Assembly: GCA_029856365.1 (NCBI GenBank)
Contig: JAHQWW010000044.1
Span: 1 to 26,323 of the forward strand
Origin: Candidatus Hodarchaeota archaeon
GTDB taxonomy: Archaea; Asgardarchaeota; Heimdallarchaeia; Hodarchaeales; Hodarchaeaceae
Length of the DNA stretch: 26,323 nt
Direction: 5' to 3'
This document shows positions 25,703 to 26,323 of this stretch, piece after piece; position 1 is the stretch's first letter, and the number at the start of each line of letters is the position of its first letter. The notes below the pieces were generated by a model that did not search any database, had not been told where the DNA came from, and saw only the letters and a program-made list of their open reading frames with translations. A program made the translations under genes and the position numbers.

Positions 25703-26323
25703 ATGGGAAATCTTAAGCTACTCTTGCAATGGTCGTTTCGGGATTTAAAACAACGAAAAATACAAGTCATTGCAATCGCATTGATCGTTGGATTAGGAAC
25801 AGGGATATACACAGGATTAAGTAGTACTACCCCTTGGAGAGAGCATGCCTTCGAGAAAAGTAATGATCTTTTGAATATGTTTGATTTGAAAATGAAACTA
25901 CTTCCTGGGAGCTGGATACCACAATCTGATCTTTCTTCTGCTCTTCAGAATCTGTCACATAAGGATTGGATCCGCGCACTGGAATACCGAGTAAGCTTTC
26001 CGACAACAATTAATGCTTCTACTTCTAATCAAACTATCTTGGTGAATGGCCGCATTATTGGTATCAATGTTTCTGATGGATCTCAAAATTTAGATGTAAA
26101 TGGCATTCACATCACAGATGGACGGCATATTAAACCCACAGAAACAGCTGAGAATGTTTGCCTCGTTGAATATAATTTTGCCAGTTATTATAACTTAAAA
26201 CCTAAGAATCAGCTTCTTACAATTGCAGGAGGTTTTGAATTATCATTTATTGGAACGGCACTTACACCTGAATATTTTGTGGTAATAGAAGAAAATTTAC
26301 TATTTGCTCAATCATCTTTTGCT
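25703..26323 (+). CDS. FtsX/MacB-family ABC permease, 3'-partial (runs off the window)
   Basis: MGNLKLLLQWSFRDLKQRKIQVIAIALIVGLGTGIYTGL...FDLK...IIG...ITDGR... is open to the window end. GGTGA RBS at 25693-25697 overlaps the ATPase stop. Absent from the ORF track because it has no stop. Confidence 0.88.
   Translation, partial: MGNLKLLLQWSFRDLKQRKIQVIAIALIVGLGTGIYTGLSSTTPWREHAFEKSNDLLNMFDLKMKLLPGSWIPQSDLSSALQNLSHKDWIRALEYRVSFPTTINASTSNQTILVNGRIIGINVSDGSQNLDVNGIHITDGRHIKPTETAENVCLVEYNFASYYNLKPKNQLLTIAGGFELSFIGTALTPEYFVVIEENLLFAQSSFA

Noticed and set aside
292-26009. Short shadow ORFs of the ORF track (e.g. 292-477, 850-1080, 2533-2751, 8251-8511, 10892-11275, 12907-13095, 18482-18727, 21355-21597, 25615-25812, 25827-26009)
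   Set aside because: They overlap well-supported genes in another frame or strand and have no recognisable motifs or RBS.
1-26323. CRISPR array, tRNA/rRNA, IS or integrase
   Set aside because: No regularly spaced repeats, GC-rich structured RNA segments, or transposase/recombinase motifs were seen.

Overview
AT-rich, gene-dense window that reads as archaeal. GGTGA/GGAGG ribosome-binding sites, TATA/BRE-like promoters, U-tract terminators, NxS/T-rich surface proteins with C-terminal TM anchors plus basic tails, and zinc-ribbon fusions suggest Asgard archaea, probably Heimdallarchaeia/Hodarchaeales (inference, not proven). It is dominated by transport and cell-surface genes. A ~10.5 kb minus-strand run holds two MFS transporters, a 5'-truncated FtsX/MacB-type permease, two LolD-like ABC ATPases (one fused to an AbrB-like hairpin and a zinc ribbon), a beta-helix surface protein and an orphan, circularly permuted family-5 (OppA/DppA-like) substrate-binding protein. 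A divergent ABC-2 exporter is followed by an unannotated 52-aa secreted pre-peptide. Further on are a prenyltransferase/squalene-cyclase-repeat protein, a QueG/RdhA-like Fe-S protein, a Zn-ribbon-TM-beta-helix protein, an atypical M28 peptidase, a membrane-anchored metzincin, a GPH-transporter pseudogene fragment, a stand-alone 7-TM protein beside an RHH regulator, and the start of a second LolD/FtsX ABC system. I saw no rRNA, tRNA, CRISPR array or IS element. All family calls come from motif reading; no database searches were run.
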